Shown here piece after piece: positions 39,375-49,936 of a stretch of 64,000 nucleotides of DNA (position 1 is the first letter of the stretch; the number at the start of each line of letters is the position of its first letter). This stretch comes from a virus. Its lineage: Duplodnaviria > Heunggongvirae > Uroviricota > Caudoviricetes. The notes beneath the pieces are model-generated. The model had not been told where the DNA came from. It made no database searches and saw nothing but the letters and a program-made list of their open reading frames with translations. Both the position numbers and the translations under genes were made by a program. Location of the stretch: positions 81,384 through 145,383 of the IMG/VR virus record IMGVR_UViG_3300031087_000527; one strand, 5' to 3'.

Positions 39375-40016
39375 ATGATCAAATCCTCCTTGCTAAACAA
39401 AACCACGTTATCCGGTGCGCCGTCTGAAGAAGTATTACGTGATATCATTACGCGTCTTGAAAAGCGTGTAAAGGAAGTGATTGCTCAGGCTGATGTGTTA
39501 GATTTGCCTGGTAAGATCAGTCATTCAGGTGTCTCATTATCTTTTCGTCAGGGAAGCCGTGCGGTAGCGCTGGCAACATTTAAGAGAGATGCTAGCGCAG
39601 TAATGGGCTATAAGTTGGGTCTTGAGTTTGACATCCGCGCCATCTCTGAAGATGTAGAGTATGTGCTGGATAAAGTAGTCCCTCATGAGGTGGCGCATCT
39701 GGTATGTTTTATTAACTTCAACGTTAAGGGGCGAAAAATAAAACCTCATGGCAGAGAGTTTAAAGCTATTTGTGCAATGCTGGGTGGAGAACTATCCGCA
39801 TCTACAAGAAGATTTAAAACAATGGCACCTGCCAGAAAGCCTCGCGCTATTTACCGCTTTAAGTATCTCTCAGTAGAGGGTGAAGAGGTTCTTTTAACGA
39901 AAGCACAACATGATCTGCTGCAGAAAAAACGTTGCCTGACTTTTACCAACAGTAAAACGAAAAAACAACGAGTGGTAGCAAGCCGGGATTTCTATGGTAA
40001 AGTTCAGATTCGTTAA
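39375..40016 (+). CDS. SprT-like zinc metallopeptidase
   Basis: VPHEVAHLV (HExxH)...PHGREFK. Confidence 0.85.
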   Translation: MIKSSLLNKTTLSGAPSEEVLRDIITRLEKRVKEVIAQADVLDLPGKISHSGVSLSFRQGSRAVALATFKRDASAVMGYKLGLEFDIRAISEDVEYVLDKVVPHEVAHLVCFINFNVKGRKIKPHGREFKAICAMLGGELSASTRRFKTMAPARKPRAIYRFKYLSVEGEEVLLTKAQHDLLQKKRCLTFTNSKTKKQRVVASRDFYGKVQIR

Positions 40017-40113
40017 AAAGTAAAGCTGCCTTCGGGTGGCTTTTTTGTTTTAAGTGTTGTACTTAATAATCAAATAAAGTATACTTGGCATGATAAAATA
40101 GGATAAAGTTATT

Positions 40114-40761
40114 ATGACAAATACCACTGAAAATGAAGCAGTTAACGATATTGTTGAAGCAGCAAAAGCAGGAATTAAAGGACTTAAGCTTGATGAGAAA
40201 AATCAGCTTGAGATGTATCCATTAGATATTGATACCGATGTGTTAGGTTTGGGTGTCTATGATACGTTTAAACTCACTGAAGTTATCAGGGGGCTTTCGG
40301 GTGTTCAGGTTGATCCGGTTCTACAGGACGAGTTTGAGAAAGCATTGACACATCTCAACAATATTAGTTTACATATTGAAAACAATCAGAAGATGCGTCA
40401 TAAGATAAAGCAAGATTTTATCGAAAAACGGCAGAATCTGATAGAGACGACTAAAGATGAGGTGTCGAAAATCACAGGTGGTTCCGATCAAATTCGGGTA
40501 AAAATCAATACGGGATCACTGAACAAAAACCAACGCAAAGGCGTTCGCGAGGTTATGGGGAAATTGGGCTTCTCTCTTGAAAATGATAACGGTAGTGTGA
40601 AGCTGGTTTATGTGGGTGAGATGCAGCTTTGTTCAAAGCCACAGCATTGGCTTTACGAGCAGATTAATAGCGTAAGCCCGATTAATAATAACTTTATAGG
40701 TTGTATCCATGTAGAGGATAAATGGGCGGACGTGTATAAAGAAATTGACAACCTTAAATAA
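40114..40761 (+). CDS. Hypothetical protein
   Basis: AGGA RBS; own promoter and terminator. Confidence 0.8.
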   Translation: MTNTTENEAVNDIVEAAKAGIKGLKLDEKNQLEMYPLDIDTDVLGLGVYDTFKLTEVIRGLSGVQVDPVLQDEFEKALTHLNNISLHIENNQKMRHKIKQDFIEKRQNLIETTKDEVSKITGGSDQIRVKINTGSLNKNQRKGVREVMGKLGFSLENDNGSVKLVYVGEMQLCSKPQHWLYEQINSVSPINNNFIGCIHVEDKWADVYKEIDNLK

Positions 40762-41000
40762 AATAAAGAGCCTCTTCGGAGGCTTTTTTTATAAGGAGTA
40801 GTTATGCTTAAAAAAGATTGTTGAGTGAAGATAATAGTCTTCCGATGAGTCTTTCTTTGTGTAAAGGAAAATCACTTGATATAATCATCAATTAAGACTA
40901 TGATTTTGAAAGCTTTAAAGTTATAGAAAGGCAAAGAAAAAGCTTTAAAATCACACTGTTTTTTGGTATAATTCCTTATCAAAAACAGTGAGGAAAGAAG

Positions 41001-41606
41001 ATGAGCTTACGTTTTTCTAAAGAAGATATTGAAGCTATTTTGAATAGATCGCCTTTGGTAGAGAAGAAGGGCTTTAAGGTTTCTCATGATCTGGTTGCGA
41101 CTCACCCTAAGAGCAAAGAGTATGTTGTTAAGGGTGTTGGCCCTAAAGGTGATAAGTTTTCTTTTGGCTATGCTAAAATCGCTGATCGCGCATTAACGAT
41201 TGACTCTGTATTAAACAGCGGTCGCAATGGGTTCTGGATTGAAAAAGCAGCGAAGGAAGAAGACCATCTTATCTTTAAAGTGGATCGCCCTAAAACTGAA
41301 CTTGAGGAGCTTTTTGAGCGTCTTCAGGATATCCCTAATAAGCTGACCAGTAATGTATTTTCTGTCATGACAGAAGAGGAAGTAAAGCGTATTTATAATG
41401 AAGCTTATAAGAAGTTTGAAAAAAATGAAATAAACTTTACTAACTATAAGGTTTATCTGTTTAAAGAAGCGATTGCTTATGGTTTAGATGTTGATGCGCT
41501 TCATCGAGCACTGATTACTCTGAATCAGGATATTAAGAAGTTTAAACCGTCGCCGTCTTATGTTCTTTCTGAGGTTGTTAAGAAAACTCAAAAGAAAAGT
41601 CATTAA
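41001..41606 (+). CDS. Hypothetical protein
   Basis: GAGGA RBS. Confidence 0.8.
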   Translation: MSLRFSKEDIEAILNRSPLVEKKGFKVSHDLVATHPKSKEYVVKGVGPKGDKFSFGYAKIADRALTIDSVLNSGRNGFWIEKAAKEEDHLIFKVDRPKTELEELFERLQDIPNKLTSNVFSVMTEEEVKRIYNEAYKKFEKNEINFTNYKVYLFKEAIAYGLDVDALHRALITLNQDIKKFKPSPSYVLSEVVKKTQKKSH

Positions 41607-41628
41607 TCAAACGTGAAAAGGAATAAAT

Positions 41629-42084
41629 ATGTCAACGATTAAAAGCATTCTTCAGTCCGCGCTGGCGGAAAGTTTCAAAAATAGCGGCTCTTATCATCGT
41701 TATTATGAATTTCATGTCGATGCTGCTTGTAGTGATCTGGAGAAAAAGGGCTACAGTATTGAATGCGAAGAAGTGTCCGAAGGTGAATGGACTGACGAAG
41801 GTCGATACCAAAATGTGGAAGATGCTGTAATGAAAATTACAGTTGATGGTGAGGTGTTCTATTTAGAAGTTAGCCAGTCTCGCTCAAGTTGTGGCGGTGG
41901 TGATTATTTTTATAATGAACCTAGTGTTCAGTCCCTGATGACAGAGGCTGAATATAATGCGCCAGACTTCGTTACTGATTTTATTTTTAATGGTTATACC
42001 GTTAAGATCATGTCAGATAAAAGCGCTAAAGTTGATAACCATTCATTTCGAAGCGTTCAGGAAGCGATTGAGGCAATCCTGTAA
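41629..42084 (+). CDS. Hypothetical protein
   Basis: AAGGA RBS. Confidence 0.8.
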   Translation: MSTIKSILQSALAESFKNSGSYHRYYEFHVDAACSDLEKKGYSIECEEVSEGEWTDEGRYQNVEDAVMKITVDGEVFYLEVSQSRSSCGGGDYFYNEPSVQSLMTEAEYNAPDFVTDFIFNGYTVKIMSDKSAKVDNHSFRSVQEAIEAIL

Positions 42085-42135
42085 TACAAACAACAAACAG
42101 GCTGCCACGTGCAGCCTTTTTCTTTGAGGTGAGCA

Positions 42136-42492
42136 ATGATAGATAACAAAGCGTGTATTTTTCCTGAAGGTGTTGAAGGTTATTGGCGCAGAACAGAAGA
42201 AAAGGATGAGACTGGCTTGCCTTTTCCGGTGATTGAAGATGTGGAAGGTTATGACCGGACTGCATTTATGGAAGCGCTTCAACTTCTTGAAGATAAAGCT
42301 GACAGGCAGCATTATCGTGGCTGGTCAATGCACAGGCTAACCAATAAGCCTAATGGTAGCATTGAGTTTACGTTGAATGATTGGTCGTGGCCTGAAGGAT
42401 ATAAGTATTATATTTTGATGGGTGTTCCTCCGAGTCAAAAATTCTATGCGTTTGTAATGAATCAGGAAAACAAAAACCTACCAGATTTCTAA
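42136..42492 (+). CDS. Hypothetical protein
   Basis: GAGGTG RBS; YRGWS.HRL...NGS.E...W.WPEGY..Y motif. Confidence 0.8.
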   Translation: MIDNKACIFPEGVEGYWRRTEEKDETGLPFPVIEDVEGYDRTAFMEALQLLEDKADRQHYRGWSMHRLTNKPNGSIEFTLNDWSWPEGYKYYILMGVPPSQKFYAFVMNQENKNLPDF

Positions 42493-42514
42493 ATATAAAG
42501 GCCGCTTGGCGGCC

Positions 42515-43633
42515 TTATTTGTTTTTAATGGTAAGCAATGTGATTTCTGCGGGATAGCCTAAGCGCAGTGGAAAACCATTCCAAATACCTGTCCCATTGC
42601 TTAAGTAAAGCTGAGCGCCCTCAACAAAGTAATGACCTGAGTTAAATCCTTTATTCGCCTTTTTAACGATTTGAGCAAGTAAAGGCATCATGCCGCCATG
42701 TGTATGACCGGATAACTGCAGATCGACGCCTGCTTTTGCGTTCTCATAGATACTGTCTGGACGATGATCAAGTAGAATAATAGCTTTTGATTCAACACAT
42801 CCGATAGCCTTTTTGATATCAGGTGAAGCCTGATGGTGTGCTTTTGCTGCTGGATCGGCTACGCCTGCTAAAATAAAGGAATGGCTTTGTTTTGATATCT
42901 CTACATGCTCATTAATCAAAAGATGCACGCCATTTTTTCTATATTCTTTTGTCCATCCATCATAGTCATAATAGTAATCATGATTCCCTAAGCAACCATA
43001 TACACCATGATGCGCAGAAAGCGTTTTAAGCGGTTTTATATTCTCGGCATACATAGACGGGAATCCATCGGTAAAATCGCCGGTAATGACGATAATGTCA
43101 GGATTTAAGGCATTGGTTTGACTCACGACAGATGATAGCCATTTTTGAGTAAGCAGATTGCTCACGTGGAGATCGCTGAGTTGAGCAATGGTGAAGCCAT
43201 TCAGAGCATTAGGCCAGTTTTTGAGTATAATAGTCTTACGTTTTACCAATGGCACTTTATTTCCCTGATAAAAGCTGTAAAAAGCCAGTAGAGCAGATAT
43301 GCCGATAAGTCCATATTGGGCTGACGTTGAGTTAACAGCTTCAAAAATAGTGTTTAAAGAGAGTAGCCATGTAAAAGCTTTGACAAGGTTGACAGGCAAG
43401 GAGATGAGAAAAAGAATGACAGCAAAGGCAAAAAGGTATTCCCATGCGTAAAGCAAAGGTTTTGGATAGTTGGCTATCATCATTCCACTGATTTTCCGTG
43501 AAACGTAGTGTAGCTGAGTTCCAGCGAGCAATAGCAGGCCTAAGCACGCTTTAAGATAAACTGGTGCTGGAAGTGGTATGATGATGGTGATTAATAAATA
43601 AGAGAAAAGTATCCCGGTATAGACAAAAAACAT
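42515..43633 (-). CDS. Membrane-anchored calcineurin-like metallophosphoesterase
   Basis: N-terminal TMs; QLSDLH, ITGDF, GNHD, DHRP, SGHTHGG. Confidence 0.92.
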   Translation of the reverse strand: MFFVYTGILFSYLLITIIIPLPAPVYLKACLGLLLLAGTQLHYVSRKISGMMIANYPKPLLYAWEYLFAFAVILFLISLPVNLVKAFTWLLSLNTIFEAVNSTSAQYGLIGISALLAFYSFYQGNKVPLVKRKTIILKNWPNALNGFTIAQLSDLHVSNLLTQKWLSSVVSQTNALNPDIIVITGDFTDGFPSMYAENIKPLKTLSAHHGVYGCLGNHDYYYDYDGWTKEYRKNGVHLLINEHVEISKQSHSFILAGVADPAAKAHHQASPDIKKAIGCVESKAIILLDHRPDSIYENAKAGVDLQLSGHTHGGMMPLLAQIVKKANKGFNSGHYFVEGAQLYLSNGTGIWNGFPLRLGYPAEITLLTIKNK

Positions 43634-43753
43634 AAAGCCTCCTTTTCAAATCAAAAATAGCATAAAAATTCAACTATCTCAAATCAGAAAAGCTTGAGTT
43701 GAATGAAAGGATGGTCTATAATGTCAACATTGAAAGCAAATGAGGATTTAAAA

Positions 43754-43960
43754 ATGTCTAAAACGTCTTATGTGCATTGCCTGGTTAAAAAAGGTGAAGG
43801 TGATTTCGACCGTGCTTTAGCTGCTGGATTTGCGATTAATAACTACTGTAAAGAAGATGAAATGTGGTTGGTGTTGCCTACAACGTCTAAGCAAGTAGTA
43901 GAAGATATGATTGCACAGCATGGCTTTGAAAAGCTGAGCGAAGTGTCTTTCAAAGACTGA
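43754..43960 (+). CDS. Hypothetical protein
   Basis: GAGGA RBS before ATG 43754. Confidence 0.7.
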   Translation: MSKTSYVHCLVKKGEGDFDRALAAGFAINNYCKEDEMWLVLPTTSKQVVEDMIAQHGFEKLSEVSFKD

Positions 43961-44054
43961 TTAAGATATTAGTCTGTTGAAGAAAAAGCTTGTGCATGAT
44001 GGTAAAGTGGGATATAGTGTCTGTATCGAAACGAGAGATGAGAAGGAAATAAAA

Positions 44055-44357
44055 ATGAGCAAACTTGATCTGATGACTTTTTGTAATAGCTGTTCAGACC
44101 GTCAAAACGCTAACTATCGTGAGTTTCCTAACAGTTGGTCTGATCGCAATCAGGGGAATGAGGCGATTAAAGAAGATTTTAAAGAAAAAGTGTCTGCACA
44201 TTTCGGTTATGCTGATGCTCCACAGGCTGTAAAAGATAAAGTGTTTAGTATGGCGTGGGAAGCGGGTCATTCTGCGGGGTACTACGAAGTGGCGGATAAT
44301 ATGGGCGAGCTGTTTGAGCTGGTTGCTCTGGTTCAGGCTTCCACCGTAGAAGCATAA
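44055..44357 (+). CDS. Hypothetical protein
   Basis: AAGGA RBS before ATG 44055; AWEAGHSAG motif. Confidence 0.75.
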   Translation: MSKLDLMTFCNSCSDRQNANYREFPNSWSDRNQGNEAIKEDFKEKVSAHFGYADAPQAVKDKVFSMAWEAGHSAGYYEVADNMGELFELVALVQASTVEA

Positions 44358-44409
44358 CGACTTCATAATCATAAAGGGCTACTCAGGTAGCCTTTTTTAT
44401 TGGATTCCC

Positions 44410-44628
44410 ATGAAAAGCATTCTGATTACCATCACGTTAAATCCTAAAAATGAGTGGCTTGTGAGCCTTTTTAATAATGATGCTGATCGTGAAGATTGGT
44501 GTGATGAGGAAAAGCATGAGCATCTTTATAAAGATTACGATTCAGCGGTAGGTTTTGTAAAAGGATTGATGCGCTCCTATATCAGTATGGGCTTAAAAGT
44601 AGAGATAAAAAACATCTTGGAGCAGTAA
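44410..44628 (+). CDS. Hypothetical protein
   Basis: ORF track. Confidence 0.6.
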   Translation: MKSILITITLNPKNEWLVSLFNNDADREDWCDEEKHEHLYKDYDSAVGFVKGLMRSYISMGLKVEIKNILEQ

Positions 44629-44697
44629 AAACATGTTGTCATTAATAATCTCTTTTGCTATACTGTTTTTAACGAAATCACTTAAGAGTAAATCAAA

Positions 44698-45066
44698 ATG
44701 CTGAATGTAGAAATCCTTGGAAACAACCGTCTGACACGTCTTTATAACGAAACTGTTTGTCGTATTGAGATGGCAGATCATGGTTTTGAGAACCTACAGC
44801 TTGCTAAGATTGAAGCTGAAAAACTGTATGATGACGTTAATTGTGTGGCGATTTCTGAGACTGATGTTGTGCGTAAAAGAGTAATGTTGGAGTTTGTTTC
44901 ATTCAAGAATTCGATTGAAGACATGAGTGTTTTAGAGTTGAGTCAAAGTCTGAAAAAGTCGCTTATCCATTATATGTATTCACTGGCTTCTGATAAAATT
45001 CGTGAAATGAAACATCTTCGCTCGAACATTGACCGCGTAGTTACCAAATCTAAGCGAGTTGCTTAA
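44698..45066 (+). CDS. Hypothetical protein
   Basis: Promoter TTGTCA-N17-TATACT upstream. Confidence 0.75.
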   Translation: MLNVEILGNNRLTRLYNETVCRIEMADHGFENLQLAKIEAEKLYDDVNCVAISETDVVRKRVMLEFVSFKNSIEDMSVLELSQSLKKSLIHYMYSLASDKIREMKHLRSNIDRVVTKSKRVA

Positions 45067-45129
45067 ATACATTTTAGAGAGGGTTCCCAAAAGGAGTTCT
45101 CTTCTTTTTTCTTCTTTCTGTGAGGTTTT

Positions 45130-45567
45130 ATGAAAAAAACATTAATCAGTAAAGGTAAGAAGCCGGGTTTCGAGATTCATTTCGCCATGTATTCGCCTTT
45201 GCATGTGGACTTGTCTGATTCAGAGTTTGAGAGCTTCTGGAAAACCTTTTCTGAACTGAATAAGAAAGTCAAAGAATGGTGCGAAGCGAATATTTGTATC
45301 ACATCAAAGATTAACGATGTTTTACGTGGAAGTATTGCCAGTCTGAATATTGACAGTATCAGCACAGAAGCGGATGGCCTGACAGTCCATATTTTAGGTC
45401 AGAAGGTTGTATTTGAGCGTCATACTCAGGAAAACGAGGCGCTTCTGACATTCAATAGTTATAATGTTATTCTGATTGACTATTTTGATGAGCTTGGCAA
45501 CCGCTTTGATGTGAATATGAGCGAATCGGCTTCGTCTAATCTTGGTCCGGGTCCCGTTGTTTTTTAA
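45130..45567 (+). CDS. Hypothetical protein
   Basis: GAGGT RBS. Confidence 0.75.
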   Translation: MKKTLISKGKKPGFEIHFAMYSPLHVDLSDSEFESFWKTFSELNKKVKEWCEANICITSKINDVLRGSIASLNIDSISTEADGLTVHILGQKVVFERHTQENEALLTFNSYNVILIDYFDELGNRFDVNMSESASSNLGPGPVVF

Positions 45568-45582
45568 TAGAGGGAATTTCCA

Positions 45583-45816
45583 ATGGTGTGTATTCAGGTT
45601 AAAGCAGTAGAAGATGAGCATGATGGTTGTGAGTATGATTGCTGGAACTCGGCTTATGGTTTTGAGATCAAGGTAGATGGTGTGGAGGATGATGCTCTGC
45701 TGCCTCACGCTTCTTGTTGTGAGAGTGAAAACTTCACGGCGATTGATCTTGCTAACTATGTTCTTGAGAAAGCGCGTATTCATGGTGTTGAAAACATTCA
45801 TGTGGAACAAGCATGA
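45583..45816 (+). CDS. Acidic hypothetical protein
   Basis: GAGGG RBS. Confidence 0.65.
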   Translation: MVCIQVKAVEDEHDGCEYDCWNSAYGFEIKVDGVEDDALLPHASCCESENFTAIDLANYVLEKARIHGVENIHVEQA

Positions 45817-45908
45817 TATTGTCAAAATAAAGCTTGTGCATAAGCACAGGCTTTGCTATCATTACCTCATCAAGTAAATACTTCTCACCATATTTAAAAA
45901 GGATTACC

Positions 45909-46286
45909 ATGTTAGAACTTTCTCTGGAACAGCGTTGCACTATGCTTTTTTCTCCTTTCACTCGCGATGTTCAGGCTATGCTCTTTCAGCATAACCGCGC
46001 ATTAAAAGCTGTTCTGATTCACGGTGTTTCTGCTGAAGATAAAAAATCAGTAAAAAGCCGGAAGAAATACGCTGAGGCGGTAAGCGAAATTGACGGTGTG
46101 GTAAAATACCTTTCGAAGAATCTGGAAGGTAATCTCAAAAAGATTGGCTATCTTTTGGAAAACTTCTCTGCAGAAGAACTAAAAGCTATGTCAAACCAGA
46201 AAAAAGAATACCGCGCCTTTGTTGCTAAGGTTCAAAAGAATCTTAAGCGTGTTAAATATCAGCTAAATCAGCATCTTCACGGTTGA
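45909..46286 (+). CDS. Hypothetical protein
   Basis: AAGGA RBS before ATG 45909. Confidence 0.75.
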   Translation: MLELSLEQRCTMLFSPFTRDVQAMLFQHNRALKAVLIHGVSAEDKKSVKSRKKYAEAVSEIDGVVKYLSKNLEGNLKKIGYLLENFSAEELKAMSNQKKEYRAFVAKVQKNLKRVKYQLNQHLHG

Positions 46287-46464
46287 TTTGAAGAAAGAAA
46301 AAGGCCAGCGATGGCCTCTTTTATTGCTTGAGTAAGAGAAGTAACGTTGGTATAATGGCTTAAATGAAATATGAAGGATATCACTAAGGTTATAGGTATT
46401 ACTTTGGTTTCATAAATGCTTATAATCTTTGCTTTTTCTGATGTTAAATGTAATAGAGGCTAAT

Positions 46465-46830
46465 ATGGAATACGCGATTAATGTAGGCGATGTTAAAGTT
46501 GGTTCTGTGGTTTTTTCTCTGTTTAATAAACATTTCAAGACAATCAAGAAAGAAAAAGTAAAGCTGACCAATGCTAATGCCCTGAAAGTATTGGCTATTT
46601 CTGAATTCAGGAATAGCGGTCATGAGGAATATGGTAATAGCACGACCGTATATGAACTGATGGATGCGAATGGCAATATTTTCTCCATTAATGCCAATCA
46701 TGTGAGCTTAAAGGCTAAAGATACCTCTTCAATGCTTTATTATGTAATCTCTAACCTCGGAAAAGTTGCTGTATTAATGCTGTTTGGCTGGTTAATCTTC
46801 GAGGCTTTAACAACAACCAATATTTTTTGA
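46465..46830 (+). CDS. Protein with C-terminal TM
   Basis: GAGG RBS; architecture resembles next gene. Confidence 0.7.
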   Translation: MEYAINVGDVKVGSVVFSLFNKHFKTIKKEKVKLTNANALKVLAISEFRNSGHEEYGNSTTVYELMDANGNIFSINANHVSLKAKDTSSMLYYVISNLGKVAVLMLFGWLIFEALTTTNIF

Positions 46831-46966
46831 CTAAGGGGCCTTTCGAGGCTCCTCTTTATTTCGGTAAAAATCGCATCAGATAAAGGAAAAGAATTGTTCA
46901 TGATCTTTAGTTAGTGTATATTGTCTTTATTACGTTAAGTTTAACTGCTATGTAATCTGTTAGGAG

Positions 46967-47344
46967 ATGAAAGTGGAAAAAATTGTTAATAATACTGTAA
47001 TAGATGTTGGCGATACAGTTTACCTTATTTTTAAGCGGACTTTGCCATTAAGCCGTAAAGAAAAAGTGAGCTATAATACTCATGATGCTTTTAAAGCGTT
47101 GTCTATCTTTAATCATGTTTCGGATGATGATGAAGATCCGATTGTTACGCCTTATTGCGAAGTGGAGGATTCTAACGGTAATGTTTTTAGCATCCCTTTG
47201 GACGAACTAAGCGTGATGCCTGACGACAACGATAAGCGTATTATCTACTATAAAAAATTAGCGCTTAGAATTGGCTTTGGTGTTACGCTGATTGCTGGAT
47301 GTGTAGGTTTTCTTATTTGGATGGCTTTTTTTAAACACTACTGA
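46967..47344 (+). CDS. Protein with C-terminal TM
   Basis: AGGAG RBS; V.VG..V, D.NGN.FSI motif shared with 46465-46830. Confidence 0.75.
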   Translation: MKVEKIVNNTVIDVGDTVYLIFKRTLPLSRKEKVSYNTHDAFKALSIFNHVSDDDEDPIVTPYCEVEDSNGNVFSIPLDELSVMPDDNDKRIIYYKKLALRIGFGVTLIAGCVGFLIWMAFFKHY

Positions 47345-47693
47345 TTATTGAGATAGTCCTGATATGGCAAAAGATAAGGTTATGATCATGAGTAAAGTTA
47401 TGAGGGATTTGGAGGATTTACGTTTTGTACCATTAGCTATTATTGGTTTCAGTTTTGGTGTGGCTATGGGCATGTATGTTTTCTCACTGATGATGTAAAA
47501 TAATTTAATCCATTCGATGTGTTTAAAGACTGAACTGTGTTTCGGTCTTTTTACATTTGTAATGAGTGCTTTACTACCGATTAAAGACAATAAATAGTTG
47601 AAATAAAGCTTGTGCAGTAGGTCATAGTTGGCTATACTATCTTTATTGAAGCAAGACACTTAACTAAACACTCACTGAACTGGAATAAAAAAC

Positions 47694-48296
47694 ATGAAAC
47701 TTTATACTACTGCTAAAGAACTGGTAAAACCAACGGCTCGTTATGTTGCTCGTAAGCTGAAAGGTGCGACGAACGGTGGTGTGGCGCTGAAAGAAGTACG
47801 CCGGGCAGTTCTGGAAGAGTATAAGCCGATGATGACAATCATTGATGGGCATCACAGTGGTGGTAAAAACCGTATGATTGACCGTAGTTTTAACAGCATG
47901 ATTTATGCGGGTTATCTGGCGAAGAGTGGCTATGGCGTTTACGACAAGGCGACTAAAGAAGTTTATATTACCGATAAAGCGGTTAAAGAGTTTGGCGTGA
48001 AGGTTCGTCTGTCTCAGCTTGATCTGGTGATCCCCGCTCTGGTTAGCCTACGTGAGCTGGCGGCGCTGAGTGAAGACGGTCGTGTTAAATCTTCTGATCT
48101 GCTGAAGGCGCTGAATGAGCAAGTTGCTCACGAGCTGGTTTCTGAGGATATGGCAATTAATAAAGGTAATCAGCCTAAATACCGCCAGATTATCCGCAAC
48201 CTGATTTCCAACCGTGTTTTAGATAAAACAGGTCTGGTTAAGTATCACGCCGATACGAAAGAGTTTGAGTTAATGATTCTGCCCATCGCAGCGTAA
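47694..48296 (+). CDS. Putative winged-helix DNA-binding protein (Mrr N-terminal-like C-half)
   Basis: LVIPALVSL...SSDLLKAL...YRQIIRNLISNRVL...GLVKY. Confidence 0.5.
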   Translation: MKLYTTAKELVKPTARYVARKLKGATNGGVALKEVRRAVLEEYKPMMTIIDGHHSGGKNRMIDRSFNSMIYAGYLAKSGYGVYDKATKEVYITDKAVKEFGVKVRLSQLDLVIPALVSLRELAALSEDGRVKSSDLLKALNEQVAHELVSEDMAINKGNQPKYRQIIRNLISNRVLDKTGLVKYHADTKEFELMILPIAA

Positions 48297-48402
48297 TCCG
48301 AAAAAAGCCTCCAGTCGGGGGCTTTTTTATTGTCAGAAAATCGTAGCAATCAATTAGCAATAGCGTTATAATATTGTCTTAATCAAATAAGAGGCTCTTC
48401 GT

Positions 48403-49161
48403 ATGTTTGTTAACACAGGTAATCGCAAACCAAAAGCGGTAATGACACTGGATTTCGCCTATGATGCGGAAAATAACTATTATTCTCGCGATCTGATTAA
48501 TGAGGCAATAAGTGTGTTTGCTTATAAGAATGAGTTTCTCATTGAAAGATTTTCGATGAAGGCTCCTTTGCTGCTTAAGACGCTGACCGTTGAGAAGCTG
48601 GAAGAACTGGTGGCGATTGCTAATAAGTATAATGGCAAAATCTTATTCCTGTTTGATAGCCCGAATAAAAATCTTGATAAGCGAAGCCATCGTGTTAACT
48701 TCTACGTTATTCCCAATGAAGCCTTCGGCTTTGAGAAGGCGGTCGAGCGGACAAAACATAAACCTTATCGTAATGTTGATATTTTCCTAAAAACGGATGT
48801 GGTTCTCCCGGATGAGTTGACATCTGGAACACCTTTAGCAGAAAAAGAAAAGTTCAATAAAATCGTGTTTGAAGAGATTGCTAATCGTGGTAAGTATATC
48901 GATGTTAAAAATCATGACTATACATTCAGCTACAACCGTAGTTTTTGTTTTGATGAAAAAGTGAAAGATTTGCCAACTGGCATCTATCGTGTTGATGTTA
49001 ATGGCGTTGAACATCATCTTTCTATCGATAAAGAATATCACGGTAGTGAGGGATATCCTCATTTTACACTGTTTGAGTATCCTCATCATACAAAAGAGAC
49101 GCTTGCTCTGTATAAAGAGGCTGGTATATTTAAAGAGCTACCAGATAACTGGAATAAATAG
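48403..49161 (+). CDS. Hypothetical protein
   Basis: GAGG RBS; own promoter. Confidence 0.8.
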   Translation: MFVNTGNRKPKAVMTLDFAYDAENNYYSRDLINEAISVFAYKNEFLIERFSMKAPLLLKTLTVEKLEELVAIANKYNGKILFLFDSPNKNLDKRSHRVNFYVIPNEAFGFEKAVERTKHKPYRNVDIFLKTDVVLPDELTSGTPLAEKEKFNKIVFEEIANRGKYIDVKNHDYTFSYNRSFCFDEKVKDLPTGIYRVDVNGVEHHLSIDKEYHGSEGYPHFTLFEYPHHTKETLALYKEAGIFKELPDNWNK

Positions 49162-49192
49162 ATATCGGCATTGTAAATAACAGGAGAAGACT

Positions 49193-49660
49193 ATGCGTTT
49201 TATTGATAAGGCTTATATTATCCATCACATGCCATTTTTCACTGTAATAGCATGGACGATTGTTTGCGGCTTGTCTTATATTATCTATCCAAGTGGAAGT
49301 GATCAAGTGGCTTTAATGAGGGCCGGTATTAGTATGCTTGTTGCATTACCAGTAGCTCTCATGTTGTGTGTTTATAATGTTCACCAAAAGATTAAAAAAC
49401 ATACTATGACGCCTGAATACAAAGTAAGGCGCATGGCATTAACTTTGATAACTAAACTTAAAACACCTCATTGTTGGGATGATTTGGTTGATTTGGCTAA
49501 CTGTATGAATGAAAATGGTTATGATTTTTTAAAAAGCATGAATGCTCTGGTAATGTATACATGTATGATGTCGCCTGCTAATAAAATGTTGCCGGAGGCT
49601 ATCAGTTGGAAAGTTAATAACCAAGAAAGTTATAATAACTTTGTAAAAAGAGCGTTTTAA
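49193..49660 (+). CDS. Membrane protein (two TM)
   Basis: CAGGAG RBS. Confidence 0.75.
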   Translation: MRFIDKAYIIHHMPFFTVIAWTIVCGLSYIIYPSGSDQVALMRAGISMLVALPVALMLCVYNVHQKIKKHTMTPEYKVRRMALTLITKLKTPHCWDDLVDLANCMNENGYDFLKSMNALVMYTCMMSPANKMLPEAISWKVNNQESYNNFVKRAF

Positions 49661-49662
49661 TT

Positions 49663-49890
49663 ATGAAAAGTATACTTAAGAAAACTAATAAAATAGCTTG
49701 TCTGATTGTGTTGAATCTATTTCTAACTTTCTACAGTATTGTAATCAATAGTGAAAATCTTGCGATGTTTTGCTTTGTCGCTGGAATGCTGCTGGTCAGT
49801 TATGATGCTGGAGTCAAACAAGCTGAAAAAAAGCTTTTTGAGGCAAAAATCAGGCATATCTTTAAAAAATATTGCTTGAGAAAAACCTAA
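49663..49890 (+). CDS. Small membrane protein
   Basis: Operonic spacing; hydrophobic. Confidence 0.6.
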   Translation: MKSILKKTNKIACLIVLNLFLTFYSIVINSENLAMFCFVAGMLLVSYDAGVKQAEKKLFEAKIRHIFKKYCLRKT

Positions 49891-49936
49891 GTCTGAGTTA
49901 AAATGTTGTCTTAATCTATTATGGCGGAGAAGTGCG

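Noticed and set aside
47345-47659. Minus-strand 104-aa ORF
   Set aside because: Its 5' part overlaps the promoter of 47694 and the start is unclear; a shorter gene is possible but unsupported
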